DNA of 64,000 nucleotides, taken from IMG/VR virus record IMGVR_UViG_3300031784_000007; one strand, 5' to 3'. Positions 1 through 10,036 of this stretch are shown in pieces. Below the pieces are notes generated by a model. That model searched no databases, was not told the origin of the DNA, and saw nothing but the letters and a program-made list of their open reading frames with translations. The stretch is from a virus (lineage: Duplodnaviria > Heunggongvirae > Uroviricota > Caudoviricetes). Position numbers and translations under genes: made by a program. Each line of letters begins with the position of its first letter. The first letter of the stretch is position 1.

Positions 1-1265
1 CTTGATGTTGAAACTCCCATACCACCCGTAATATCAATAACAATAAACGCATCGTAGTAATTTCCCCACTTATAAGCAATTTCAGCCGCAACATCAGGAG
101 GAAGTTTTCCAACATACTCGGCAACTTGTTCCCTTTCGTCAAAATCGATAACTTGGAATGATGTAAAATCCTCAGAGTCACCCCTTGATACGTCCATACC
201 CATAATGTATCTGTGACCAACAACTGGTTCTTTCCAAATCCATAATTGATTTTGAACCATCTTTGATTCAGGTTGACGAACCATTTCAGTTCTAATCTTA
301 TCAGTTAATTGTGCATCGAATACGTTATCTCCCGAACCTAAAAAGTTACATTCCAACTCCTGAGAAATTTTTCTCTTATCAAATTTTAACTTTTTGGCCA
401 TAGTTTCAAACCAACCAGAACTTACTTTGTAACCATCATCCATTAATTTTTTGAAATCACCAAAATTTCTTTGACTTGTTGGTACACCATCAAAACTAAT
501 AATCTCAGGGTTGGGGTATTCATCACGATTTAAAAAATAGTGAATTAAATCTTTGACTTTAATAAAGTATAAATCTTTAGTATATCTTGGGTCTCTCCAC
601 CAATACATTTCAGTAACTTTAAAACTATTCATTCCTTTAATAGCCTGTTCATAGATACTGTAATAGATTGCATCATATCCGTTTGGTGTTGAAATTACAA
701 TAACTTTACCACCTGTTGATAACGATGCCATACAAGCTGCCCAGAAATCGTCATTAGCTTCGATGTACGCAGCCTCGTCAAATATCAATACGGTAGGGGT
801 ATAACCACGAAGTGCATCAGGTGAAGTTGCAACCGCTTTGACTTCACACCCATTTGATAATTTAAAGTGTCTTTGTGAATTCTTTTCAGATGAAAATGAT
901 ACCCCCATCCAATTTGGCCACTGTTCCGTAAACCCTCTAATTTTATTAGCAAATTCTACCGCAGTATCTAATTTGTTGGCAATTACAAGAATTTTTTCAG
1001 GTTTTTGTTTGTTTGCAAAAACTACTTTTTTAGACGCCCAAGCGGCAGTAACTGTTGATACACCGGCTTGACGATATTTTAAGGCAATGTTTTCCTCGTA
1101 GTTATCATAATCTTCTACTAAGGTTTCTTGGTCAGGAAATAAATCCAACGGAACGTATTTTGACTGTGTGTTGTCATACGTTTGTAAATAATTTCTTAAA
1201 GCGTATGGAGTGTTTTTGACACACTTAGCATATTCTATAAGGGCTTGTTCTTTTGTGATACTCAT
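1..1265 (-). CDS. terL: terminase large subunit, partial (N-terminus at 1265; C-terminus runs off the left edge)
   Basis: Hand translation of the minus strand from ATG 1265 (in-frame TAA two codons upstream). Deviant Walker A KYRQAGVSTV, Walker B-like VLIFDEAAYI, and the nuclease-domain start IMGMDVSRGDSEDF. Absent from the ORF track because no stop falls inside the window. Confidence 0.75.
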   Translation of the reverse strand, partial: MSITKEQALIEYAKCVKNTPYALRNYLQTYDNTQSKYVPLDLFPDQETLVEDYDNYEENIALKYRQAGVSTVTAAWASKKVVFANKQKPEKILVIANKLDTAVEFANKIRGFTEQWPNWMGVSFSSEKNSQRHFKLSNGCEVKAVATSPDALRGYTPTVLIFDEAAYIEANDDFWAACMASLSTGGKVIVISTPNGYDAIYYSIYEQAIKGMNSFKVTEMYWWRDPRYTKDLYFIKVKDLIHYFLNRDEYPNPEIISFDGVPTSQRNFGDFKKLMDDGYKVSSGWFETMAKKLKFDKRKISQELECNFLGSGDNVFDAQLTDKIRTEMVRQPESKMVQNQLWIWKEPVVGHRYIMGMDVSRGDSEDFTSFQVIDFDEREQVAEYVGKLPPDVAAEIAYKWGNYYDAFIVIDITGGMGVSTS

Positions 1266-1282
1266 CCCTTATAAATACTCCG

Positions 1283-2614
1283 TTACTTGGTTGGCGGAGT
1301 ATCAATACCTAAATCACTTAAGAAACTCAAGTCAACATCATCGTCATCATCATCGTCAGATGGATAACCCATAGTGTCGTCATCGTCATCATCTTCATAG
1401 TTTGAACTACCTAAAATTTCTTCTAAATCTTGTTTGTTTAACTCATCGATGATTTGGTCAGCAATACGTTCCATTTCAGTATACGCAGTTGCATCACCCT
1501 TATTAACTCTTTGGGCTAATGATGTGAATTTGTTTTTTGGTAATTTAGAAAACTCTCTGAAAATTAAACTTTGAACAATCTTCATGTTGTCTTCTAATAC
1601 TTTTGCAGGATATGTTTCCAACAATTTTTCCCACAAATATGTACCTGTGATAATATCAAATATTTCGTTTACTAATGTGTCAGCAGTTTGTTTAACCATT
1701 TGAGCTTGAATTGGGTCAGTTGGTAAAGATGCCGCACCTAAAATATCGTAATAACCTTTAATTAATTCATGAACCAAAATTGGGAACATAACCGCCTTTG
1801 CTCTAACAACAAAATTACCAGTATATTCACCGTCCTCATCTTGTTCCATTTCTACTTCTTCAGAACCACCCATATTTTGTCCCGCCGCAGCCATTTGTTG
1901 TACCATTTCAGGTGGTAATAACCAATACAAGTAATCATTCATTGCCATCAAAGCACCATACTTGTCAGTAATACCAGGTTCCATTTCTTCCAATGAATCT
2001 CTGATTAATTCAAACATAAAGTGACCCTTTTTAGCGGCACCTTGAATAATTGCGTTCATAAATCTACGTTTTGCAACCATGTAATCAAAGTTTTCAAACG
2101 CATCTACAAATTCTTCTAAATCTTCACCTGAATCTTCAAATGCTAATTCAATATCTTCAGATGAAAACTCTTCAGGTTCTGCTTGGAAATTTTCATTCCC
2201 CGCTTCACCCATTCCAACCAACTTAGGGTCAAATTGTATAAATTCGGCATATTTTGGGTCAACCAATTCATTTGATACTAAATCTTTTGCCAATTGTTCA
2301 AGTTCTTGTCTTCTTGAACTTTCAAATTGACTAACCTCACCAAACAATCTCATCATCATCATTTGAAGTCCACCCATATTGTTAGGAACATTCATTCCCA
2401 AATATCTTTCAAGTTTTGTCACAACATCTCTAAATCTTTTAGATGCTGCAATTTCTTCAAATGATTGTCTATCATCTTCACCCTTTTTAGGAATAAATGG
2501 ACTATTAGAAAGTGGTGTTTCACCTCTTTCAATTGCCCTTTTTAAATCAGGGTTTATACTAAAACCTGTTGGCTCATCAATTGGAGCTTCAAATATTTTT
2601 CTTTTGTTTTTCAT
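1283..2614 (-). CDS. hypothetical acidic protein with poly-Asp C-terminus (DDDDDD x2), immediately upstream of terL
   Basis: 443-aa ORF with TAA stop; position before terL suggests a packaging or head role but no motif was recognised. Confidence 0.5.
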   Translation of the reverse strand: MKNKRKIFEAPIDEPTGFSINPDLKRAIERGETPLSNSPFIPKKGEDDRQSFEEIAASKRFRDVVTKLERYLGMNVPNNMGGLQMMMMRLFGEVSQFESSRRQELEQLAKDLVSNELVDPKYAEFIQFDPKLVGMGEAGNENFQAEPEEFSSEDIELAFEDSGEDLEEFVDAFENFDYMVAKRRFMNAIIQGAAKKGHFMFELIRDSLEEMEPGITDKYGALMAMNDYLYWLLPPEMVQQMAAAGQNMGGSEEVEMEQDEDGEYTGNFVVRAKAVMFPILVHELIKGYYDILGAASLPTDPIQAQMVKQTADTLVNEIFDIITGTYLWEKLLETYPAKVLEDNMKIVQSLIFREFSKLPKNKFTSLAQRVNKGDATAYTEMERIADQIIDELNKQDLEEILGSSNYEDDDDDDTMGYPSDDDDDDDVDLSFLSDLGIDTPPTK

Positions 2615-3558
2615 TATTTTAACTTGTAACCCATTGAGGTGAATGTATTATAGCTCAACCATTTTGGACCTTTAGCTTTTGGATTTGGTTTTTGTGCCGG
2701 TTCAATCTTGAAAGGATTTTTCTTACCAGGTGCTTTACTTGGTGTTTTTGTTGGTGTCTTAACAGGTGCTTTTGTTGGAGCTGGTGCTCCAACTCCCGCT
2801 TCAGTCATCTCAGCTTTTGGATTTGGTTTTTGCGCAGGTTCAATTTTAAAAGGGTTCTTCTTACCAGGTTGTTTTACTTTTTCACCTGGTTTTACAGTTG
2901 GTACCTTTGCAGGTGCCGGTGCCGATTTAGTTGAACCTTCAAACATTTTCATTAATTGACCTTTAGTGATATGTTCAGGTATATGCTTTTCAATTAACTT
3001 AGTCAAGCTTTCCTCCAATTCTTGCATATCTTTCTTCTTTTTTTCAGGTAATTTACTGAAATCAGTATCATCTGAAAATTCTTTAGCCCATTTACACCAT
3101 TTTCTTTTGGCTTTCTCAGTTCTTGAGTTTTCACATTTTGCCCAAAATAATCTTTGTTGTGATTTTGATTGAAACTTTTCGGTTACTTCAGTTTCACCTA
3201 CCATTTTTCTATCATTATTTTGTGGTGATGTATCATCATCCATACCATCATCGGCAGATTGAATCTCACCGTGAGCACCTAATTGTCCTGTATAATCTTG
3301 GTCAGCGTCTAATCCAAAATCATCTTCATCAATATTTTTTTCGGCTAAACCTAATTTTTTCATTTTTAACTCAACATCGGTTAATTTTCTATTCAATAAA
3401 TCCAATCCCTGAATGTTTTTTTCTAAGTTAGGATTTGTTGGTTGTTCAACCAATCTTGTATATAATAACCCAATCTGAGATTCATTCAAACCTCTTAGGG
3501 TGTTGTAAGTAAAACCATTACTTATCAATTTTTCTATTTTTTCACCAATGTTAGACAT
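2614..3558 (-). CDS. hypothetical Lys/Pro-rich protein with a tandem 19-aa repeat (PGKKNPFKIEPAQKPNPKA, two copies)
   Basis: 314-aa ORF; the repeat is visible at DNA level around 2690-2760 and 2840-2905; basic histone-like tail. Confidence 0.5.
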   Translation of the reverse strand: MSNIGEKIEKLISNGFTYNTLRGLNESQIGLLYTRLVEQPTNPNLEKNIQGLDLLNRKLTDVELKMKKLGLAEKNIDEDDFGLDADQDYTGQLGAHGEIQSADDGMDDDTSPQNNDRKMVGETEVTEKFQSKSQQRLFWAKCENSRTEKAKRKWCKWAKEFSDDTDFSKLPEKKKKDMQELEESLTKLIEKHIPEHITKGQLMKMFEGSTKSAPAPAKVPTVKPGEKVKQPGKKNPFKIEPAQKPNPKAEMTEAGVGAPAPTKAPVKTPTKTPSKAPGKKNPFKIEPAQKPNPKAKGPKWLSYNTFTSMGYKLK

Positions 3559-3955
3559 GTGTTAAATTTTTTTCAAATGTTAATATAATATCCCTCTCGT
3601 ATAGTTTTGACATAACATCTTGTTCACTATCACCATAATGAAATACCAATCTTGTATCTTCTTCATTATAGTATTCATTTTCAATGTCTTCCCACGATAA
3701 TGCAATCACTTTATCAACTGCGTCGTAGAAAGAAAAAAAGTCAGAGTTCTGAATAACGTTAAGTTTTATTTTATCGTTTTTTAGAACTCCAACTTTTGTT
3801 ATGTAGTCTATATGAGGGGGTTGTGGATTTCCACCAGCTGGTGATGATTCCCAATCTTCCCCGCTTACGTCTTCGTTGTCTGAGAATATAAACTCATAAA
3901 GGTTGTCGCCTCTAAAGTTTGGTCCTAACTCATTTACGAAAACTAAACGGTTCAT
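3551..3955 (-). CDS. hypothetical protein
   Basis: 134-aa ORF that overlaps both neighbours by a few nt (operon-style). Confidence 0.45.
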   Translation of the reverse strand: MNRLVFVNELGPNFRGDNLYEFIFSDNEDVSGEDWESSPAGGNPQPPHIDYITKVGVLKNDKIKLNVIQNSDFFSFYDAVDKVIALSWEDIENEYYNEEDTRLVFHYGDSEQDVMSKLYERDIILTFEKNLTHV

Positions 3956-5181
3956 AGAATTTCACCTTTTGGAGAAACCTTAATTTGTTTTCCCTCGTTT
4001 TCAAATACTAAGTTTTTCAAGTTAGTTTTACCAATAAATTTAGCACCTTCATTTTCCCTTAAAATAAATTCAGATGTTAATTCTTGTTCAATTGTTTCTG
4101 AAAGATTTTTAACTTCTTCCATAACACTAACTTTGTTTATTTTTTTCTTAATATAAGTTTGTACTTTTTTTGATTCGTTAAGTTCTTTTTCTTCAGGTGT
4201 TTCAACAAAATACTTAGATAATATTTTATCAACTTTAGACTCAGTAAACATACCGTCCATAATTGCATTTATCTTAGAATTGTAACTATTACCTTCACCT
4301 ACTTCAGGTTCAGCAGTAATTTCATCACCCATGTCCAAATCAGAAGTATCAGGTTCAGTTGGTTCCATACCGATTTCGTCATAACTAGAACCATCTTCAC
4401 CACCTTCCTCTCCTTCAAATCTTGATAAGATATCCTCCTTATCAGTTTCGTCCAATAAATTCAAATCAACAGCTGATAAGATAGAATTAAGAACATACTT
4501 AACATCTTCAGAAGTCATTTCTTGTTCAGATGCGTAAGCTCTTAATTTTTGCCCCAATTTACCGGTTAACTTTTGAACTTGTTTCAATGTCACAGGACCT
4601 TCATCTCCTTCACCACCCATATCATCTGGCATCATATCATCACTTGGTGGTTCTTCCATACCCATATCATCCGGCATCATATCATCACTTGGTGGTTCAG
4701 GCATTGCCTCATCTCCCATAGGAGCAGGTGCTGGTTCAGGTGATGGTGCTGCCGGCATTTCAGGTGCGGGTGCAACGGGTGCAGGTGCGGGAACATCAGA
4801 TTTTGGTGTTTTTAAAACAAACTTTTTTTGTTCACCAAACAATGCAGTACCTTGTTCATTTTCATTCAATCTATTTAATTCACCTGCAATTAAATTTAAT
4901 TTCTTTAATGCTTGTGAATAAGATGAATGATATTTTCTATTTTTCATTGGGTCAATGTAATCCAAAGTAGATTCATCAATACCTTTTTTAACGATATATC
5001 CGTTTCTTTCTTTTACAATACCGTACACATTGCCATCGGCAAGTACTCTTGTATAATCGGTTGTTTCATTTACATTGATTTCTTGTTTAGGTGCTTCACC
5101 GTATCTTGCAATTTCCATTATTCTTGCAATCTTCTCGGCTCCTTGAAGTTTTTCACTACCTATTGGTTTTAAATCTGCCAT
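3952..5181 (-). CDS. hypothetical acidic Pro-rich protein with tandem EPPSDDMMPDDMG repeats (scaffold-like)
   Basis: 409-aa ORF; an approximately 54-nt DNA tandem repeat at 4620-4700; PAPAP low-complexity linker. Confidence 0.5.
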   Translation of the reverse strand: MADLKPIGSEKLQGAEKIARIMEIARYGEAPKQEINVNETTDYTRVLADGNVYGIVKERNGYIVKKGIDESTLDYIDPMKNRKYHSSYSQALKKLNLIAGELNRLNENEQGTALFGEQKKFVLKTPKSDVPAPAPVAPAPEMPAAPSPEPAPAPMGDEAMPEPPSDDMMPDDMGMEEPPSDDMMPDDMGGEGDEGPVTLKQVQKLTGKLGQKLRAYASEQEMTSEDVKYVLNSILSAVDLNLLDETDKEDILSRFEGEEGGEDGSSYDEIGMEPTEPDTSDLDMGDEITAEPEVGEGNSYNSKINAIMDGMFTESKVDKILSKYFVETPEEKELNESKKVQTYIKKKINKVSVMEEVKNLSETIEQELTSEFILRENEGAKFIGKTNLKNLVFENEGKQIKVSPKGEIL

Positions 5182-5207
5182 TTTATATGTTGTTTAATTT
5201 TTATCTT

Positions 5208-5399
5208 TTATGAGTTTAGTCCATTAAATCCACCCAATGTTATTGCACTACATTGGATTGCGATTGATGTATTATCGGTTTCGGTCCATACAGGGTGTGG
5301 TGTGTTGAACGTAACAATTTCACCAACGGTATTTCCTGTACCAGGTACGTAACCTACTACGACTGCGGTATTATTAGAAGTACATGCTGTTGTCGCCAT
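5208..5399 (-). CDS. small hypothetical protein
   Basis: 63-aa ORF in an intergenic gap on the same strand as its neighbours. Confidence 0.3.
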   Translation of the reverse strand: MATTACTSNNTAVVVGYVPGTGNTVGEIVTFNTPHPVWTETDNTSIAIQCSAITLGGFNGLNS

Positions 5400-5427
5400 A
5401 ATTTTTCTTTATAAATATGTTATTACA

Positions 5428-6183
5428 TCAAAATAATTCATCATCTTCCAAAGAAAGACGTTTATCCATCAAATCATTTTCAAAGTCAAAAAGTTTTTGA
5501 AGATATCCATTTCTTCTTAAAACTTTAAAAGTTAAATTTTCATACGAGTATTCACCTTCTTTTTCTAACCCACTTGTTCTGTATTTTTTTATTTTATCTT
5601 TAACTTTTTTAATCATTTCTTTAGCGTCATCCAATTCTTCTTCCTCAGCATTATCAATGACAGTGTCTATCATATCTTGTAATTGTCCTACCTTTTGAAC
5701 TAAAATGTCTTTATCAATATTGACATCTTCTTCTTTCTTTGGGACGGTGTCCCACTCATCGTTCATGATGGAATATACACCCGATGAAAAGTGTGCTTCG
5801 TTTGAATCTTGGATATACAATTCAACTTCAAATCCTTTGATTGTGATATTGTGTGATGAGTTAAATAATGTTTTCTTTAATTTGAACAATTCAGAATACA
5901 ATTCTTTTTGTTCCCCAAAATCTTCAAAGTTTACAATGATGTGTAAATCAACATCAGAATATTCAGACCAGTTGTAATTACACAATGAACCTGTCATGAT
6001 AATGTCTTGAACAAACATATCAACATTAACGAATTTAATAAACTCTTCAGCGATTTCTTCAAGTTGGTCTCTAATTTCCAACTTCATATGTGACTTAGAA
6101 GCATCGTCAGGACTTACCCATATTTCAGGATTTAATTCTTCTTGAACACCAAAACTAGAAATAATTTTTTGCAAGTCTTTCAC
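5428..6183 (-). CDS. nucleotidyltransferase-fold (Pol-beta superfamily) protein
   Basis: GS...DVDLHIIV motif (G[SG] x9-13 DhDh) in the N-terminal third; acidic C-terminal half. Confidence 0.4.
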   Translation of the reverse strand: MKDLQKIISSFGVQEELNPEIWVSPDDASKSHMKLEIRDQLEEIAEEFIKFVNVDMFVQDIIMTGSLCNYNWSEYSDVDLHIIVNFEDFGEQKELYSELFKLKKTLFNSSHNITIKGFEVELYIQDSNEAHFSSGVYSIMNDEWDTVPKKEEDVNIDKDILVQKVGQLQDMIDTVIDNAEEEELDDAKEMIKKVKDKIKKYRTSGLEKEGEYSYENLTFKVLRRNGYLQKLFDFENDLMDKRLSLEDDELF

Positions 6184-6203
6184 AATGATAAATACAAAGA
6201 ACT

Positions 6204-6446
6204 TTACAATTTTTTGTATTTATAATTTTTACTGATTTCAGTGGTGAAAAACTTACCTTGTGATTCTGATAATCTGAACTTAGCGTAAACTTTGTGTGGT
6301 ACATTTTCATATTCATACTTTGTACCGTTTTTAAATGTAACAACCATATTTTCGGTTGACATATCATACTGTGATTCTGTGATGTTGGATGATTCAATTA
6401 CATTATAAATCATCATACCTTTAATTTCTTCTCTTAAAATTGCCAT
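6204..6446 (-). CDS. KTSC-domain protein
   Basis: 80 aa; VTFKNGTKYEYENVPHKVYAKFRLSESQGKFFTTEI matches the KTSC pattern (G..Y.Y..VP..vy..f..a.S.G.yf...I). Confidence 0.5.
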   Translation of the reverse strand: MAILREEIKGMMIYNVIESSNITESQYDMSTENMVVTFKNGTKYEYENVPHKVYAKFRLSESQGKFFTTEISKNYKYKKL

Positions 6447-6454
6447 ACTAATAA

Positions 6455-6490
6455 ATACAAAAAAACCCCTACTTTGTGTAGGGGTTTTTC
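6455..6490. terminator. bidirectional intrinsic terminator (CCCCTAC / GTAGGGG with an A-run on one side and a T-run on the other)
   Basis: 7-bp stem with loop tttgt. Confidence 0.6.
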
Positions 6491-6491
6491 T

Positions 6492-6947
6492 TTAGGACTT
6501 CATTTTATTTATTTTGTCTCGTAATTTAATTGCCGATTCAAAGTCTTGTTTACTTATAACCTCGTCCAATTCGGTTTGTAGTTTTTTGACTTCATCTTTG
6601 TTCTTTTCAAGTTTTTTGATTTTATCTCTAACTTCGGCAGCCTTTTCAAATTCTTGATTTTCAACATAATTTTCAATCTCTTTTTTAAGTAGAGAAATTT
6701 CATCAGTTTCTTTAGGAGACTTTTTGTTTGGAGTTCCATAAGTCGTTGTAATCACGTACCTAAACATTCCATTTGGTGATGTATACGTTTCTGTTTTCCA
6801 TTCACCATTTTCATTAGAACCTTCTTTAATTTCAGATTCATCATGTGAGATAGATGAAAATTCTTGGTTTAATGAACCAATCATCTCATCCAATTCACTC
6901 ATCATTTCTTTTAAACTTTTTCTGTTTCTTCCAAATAATTCAAACAT
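6492..6947 (-). CDS. coiled-coil protein with two UVR motifs (possible AAA+ adaptor)
   Basis: QEFEKAAEVRDKIKKLE and QDFESAIKLRDKINKM match the UVR consensus; sits divergent from the ClpC-like gene. Confidence 0.5.
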   Translation of the reverse strand: MFELFGRNRKSLKEMMSELDEMIGSLNQEFSSISHDESEIKEGSNENGEWKTETYTSPNGMFRYVITTTYGTPNKKSPKETDEISLLKKEIENYVENQEFEKAAEVRDKIKKLEKNKDEVKKLQTELDEVISKQDFESAIKLRDKINKMKS

Positions 6948-7091
6948 ATTTTTTTTCTTAATTTTTTTAGTTTATCTTTGTAAAACCAATTATACAAAAA
7001 TATGCCAAACAAGTAAACCTGACAATATGTCATATTTGTATGTCATTTTGACATTATTGATAATTTAGAATAAAAACTTATACTTTAACAT

Positions 7092-9176
7092 ATGATTGAA
7101 TCACAAGACCAAAACGAAAAGATGGGTGGAAACCGAAAAGGTAAAACAGATACAATTAACTCCAAAACACCTGTTTTGGACAATTTTTCTCGTGACCTTA
7201 TTAAACTAGCAAAAGAAGGCAAACTTGACCCTGTAATTGGTAGGGAACATGAGATTGAAAGATTGGCACAGATTATTTCAAGAAGAAAGAAAAACAACCC
7301 TATTTTGATTGGTGAACCAGGTTGTGGTAAAACCGCAATTGTTGAAGGTTTAGCTATGAAAATATTTCAAGGAGACTGTCCTCAAAACTTAATTGATAAA
7401 AGAATTGTTAGTTTAGATATGACATCAATTGTTGCCGGTACAAAATATCGTGGACAGTTTGAAGAACGTATTAAAGTAATACTTGATGAGTTGAGTGATA
7501 ACCATGATGTTGTCATATTCATTGATGAAATTCACACAATCATTGGTGCTGGAAATTCATCAGGTTCGTTGGACGCTTCTAATATCTTTAAGCCAGCACT
7601 TGCTCGTGGTGAACTCCAGTGTATTGGTGCGACAACCTTAGATGAATACCGTGAACATATTGAAAAGGATGGTGCGTTAGAGCGTCGTTTCCAAAAAGTA
7701 CATGTTGATGCAACATCTATTGAGGACACAATTATAATTATGAATCGTGCCAAAGAAAACTACGAAAAACATCACAAGGTTCATTTTAGTAATGAAGTTA
7801 TTAAAACTTGTGTAATGTTGGCGGACCGATACATCACTGACCGTGAGTTTCCTGATAAAGCAATTGATATTATGGATGAGGTAGGTGCAAGATGTCAAAT
7901 CAACGTAACCGTTCCTGAAATTATTGAAAAACTTAAAGAGGAAGCAAACCAAATTAAGGACCGTAAAGTTGAAGTTGTTAGAAGTCAAAAGTACGAAGAA
8001 GCTGCGGAATTACGAGATATGGAACGTAAAGTTTTAGCTCGTCTTCAAGAAGAAAAAGAGAAGTTTGAAAAAGACCGACTAACAAATAAAAAAGAAGTTA
8101 CCGAAGAAATGGTTTATGAAGTTGTTTCCCAAATGACCAAAATCCCAATTTCAAAACTTTCACAATCAGAATCAGATTCGTTAATTAATTTAGAAGAAAG
8201 TTTAACCAAAGCGGTTATTGGACAAGAAGATGCGGTATCTAAAATTTCAAAAGCAATCCGTAGGAATCGTGTAGGTATTAAAGACCCGAATAAACCAATT
8301 GGTTCATTTATTTTCTTGGGTTCAACAGGTATTGGTAAAACACATTTGGCTAAACAATTAGCCAAAGAAATCTTTGGAAGTTCAGATGCTTTGATTCGTG
8401 TAGATATGTCTGAGTATCAAGAAAAATTTACAATGACAAGATTGGTTGGTTCGCCTCCAGGTTATGTTGGTCACCAAGAAGGTGGACAATTAACTGAACA
8501 AGTTAAAAACAAACCTTATTGTGTAATCTTGTTTGATGAAATTGAAAAGGCACACAAAGACGTTTATTCACTTTTGCTACAAGCGATGGATGAGGGACAT
8601 TTGACTGACGGTCTTGGTAGAAAAATCAACTTTAAAAATACCTTGATTATTATGACATCTAACATTGGTGCTAGAAAAGTACAAGACTTTGGTACTGGAG
8701 TTGGATTTGGAACTCGTTCTAAAAATGAAAAAGAAACTGAAATCAAACAAATGATGATTGAGGATGAACTTAAAAAGTTTTTTCCACCTGAATTTTTGAA
8801 TCGTGTTGATGATGTTGTTTTCTTTAATTCATTAAAAGAAAATGAAATTAAACAAATTGTTACTTTGGAAATTTCTAAATTAATTTTACGATTACGTTCT
8901 ATGAACTATAACATTGTTATTGATGAAAGTTTGGTTAGTAGAATTTGTGAAGTTGGGTTTGATGAAAAATTTGGGGCTCGTCCAATCAAAAGAGCTATCC
9001 AAAATCAAATTGAGGATTTTATCTCAGATGAGATTCTTAAGAAGAATATTGTTAATGATTCAGTATATATATTGGAGTTTGTTGATGACAAAGTTCGTAT
9101 AAAAGAAAAAACATCAGAAATTACTGATGTTTCAGAAAAACCAAAAAGGGGTAGAACAAAAAAAGGGGTCAATTAA
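7092..9176 (+). CDS. ClpC/ClpA-family AAA+ unfoldase lacking the Clp-N domain (two AAA modules with a UVR linker)
   Basis: D1 Walker [11 protein letters not shown] preceded by the [27 protein letters not shown] signature; linker [17 protein letters not shown]; D2 Walker [13 protein letters not shown]; VGFG loop near [10 protein letters not shown] (possible ClpP-docking tripeptide). Confidence 0.85.
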   Translation: MIESQDQNEKMGGNRKGKTDTINSKTPVLDNFSRDLIKLAKEGKLDPVIGREHEIERLAQIISRRKKNNPILIGEPGCGKTAIVEGLAMKIFQGDCPQNLIDKRIVSLDMTSIVAGTKYRGQFEERIKVILDELSDNHDVVIFIDEIHTIIGAGNSSGSLDASNIFKPALARGELQCIGATTLDEYREHIEKDGALERRFQKVHVDATSIEDTIIIMNRAKENYEKHHKVHFSNEVIKTCVMLADRYITDREFPDKAIDIMDEVGARCQINVTVPEIIEKLKEEANQIKDRKVEVVRSQKYEEAAELRDMERKVLARLQEEKEKFEKDRLTNKKEVTEEMVYEVVSQMTKIPISKLSQSESDSLINLEESLTKAVIGQEDAVSKISKAIRRNRVGIKDPNKPIGSFIFLGSTGIGKTHLAKQLAKEIFGSSDALIRVDMSEYQEKFTMTRLVGSPPGYVGHQEGGQLTEQVKNKPYCVILFDEIEKAHKDVYSLLLQAMDEGHLTDGLGRKINFKNTLIIMTSNIGARKVQDFGTGVGFGTRSKNEKETEIKQMMIEDELKKFFPPEFLNRVDDVVFFNSLKENEIKQIVTLEISKLILRLRSMNYNIVIDESLVSRICEVGFDEKFGARPIKRAIQNQIEDFISDEILKKNIVNDSVYILEFVDDKVRIKEKTSEITDVSEKPKRGRTKKGVN

Positions 9177-9190
9177 GACCCCTTTTTTTT
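9160..9190. terminator. bidirectional intrinsic terminator between convergent genes (GGGGTC aattaa GACCCC, A-run and T-run)
   Basis: 6-bp GC stem, 8 T residues downstream, 5 A residues upstream. Confidence 0.7.
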
Positions 9191-10031
9191 AATCCCATAA
9201 CATCCATCGTTCCGTTTTTGGTTTGTGTTCGTGGAATGTGTGACCCAAACTTTCAATCATTTGTTTTACCATCTCAATCGCTGTGAACACATCCTCAATA
9301 ACAACATACTCATTGGCTGTGTGGTAGTTGTAATAACCACAAGATACATTTAAACAAGCAATGTTGAATTTTGATGCAATTTGTGAAACGTCAGTGTACG
9401 GGTGTTTCATCAATTCATGTTTTTCACCAAAATGTTCATTAAGAAGTGGTCCAACCTTTTCAAAGAAAGGAGAGTTACGGTCAAAAAGTTTTACACCCCA
9501 ACAATATTCAGTTACCATCCAAGATTCGGGAGCATCAAACTGAATACAGTAACCAACATTAGAGAAAAACTCAGGACTTGCTTTTCGTGAACCGTGACAA
9601 CCTGTTTCTTCAGATACAAAGAAAGCCGCTTTAATAACGGGGAGTTGTTCAAGGACATCTAAACATGAATAGACACCACATTTGTCATCACCACCAATTC
9701 CAACAGGGTTACCTGTAACTGCGTGATAAGCCTTAAAGGAATCTTTTAGTTCCCCATGTACGTTTGGGAGTTGTTCTTCCTCTACAACCATTTCAGTGAT
9801 TGAGTGGACGGTGTCAGTATGTGCAATAACACATGGATAGACATCTGCCTCACCTTTTGTAACATAAACGTTACCATACTGGTCAATTGTGTGGTCGTAT
9901 CCTTTTTCAGTAAAATACTTGTCAAGATACTCAATCATAAGAGTTTCTTGGTAAGTTTTAGTCGGAATAGAAAGGACTTCTTTTAGGTGTTGAATTTTTT
10001 CTGGAGTCATTTGACTACAAAGATACAACAA
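9189..10031 (-). CDS. zinc metallo-aminopeptidase-like protein (M42/M20/M28-type motifs)
   Basis: Ordered metal-ligand motifs VIAHTDTV, GGDDKCG, SEETGCHGS. Confidence 0.5.
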   Translation of the reverse strand: MLYLCSQMTPEKIQHLKEVLSIPTKTYQETLMIEYLDKYFTEKGYDHTIDQYGNVYVTKGEADVYPCVIAHTDTVHSITEMVVEEEQLPNVHGELKDSFKAYHAVTGNPVGIGGDDKCGVYSCLDVLEQLPVIKAAFFVSEETGCHGSRKASPEFFSNVGYCIQFDAPESWMVTEYCWGVKLFDRNSPFFEKVGPLLNEHFGEKHELMKHPYTDVSQIASKFNIACLNVSCGYYNYHTANEYVVIEDVFTAIEMVKQMIESLGHTFHEHKPKTERWMLWD

Positions 10032-10036
10032 ATATT

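Noticed and set aside
2692-5172. Antisense ORFs inside large genes (for example 2692-2934, 2708-2959, 3123-3431, 4530-5172, 17081-17617, 24012-24986, 59201-59975)
   Set aside because: Low-complexity translations of the opposite strand of repeat-rich or AT-rich coding sequence; the sense-strand genes have clear domain content.
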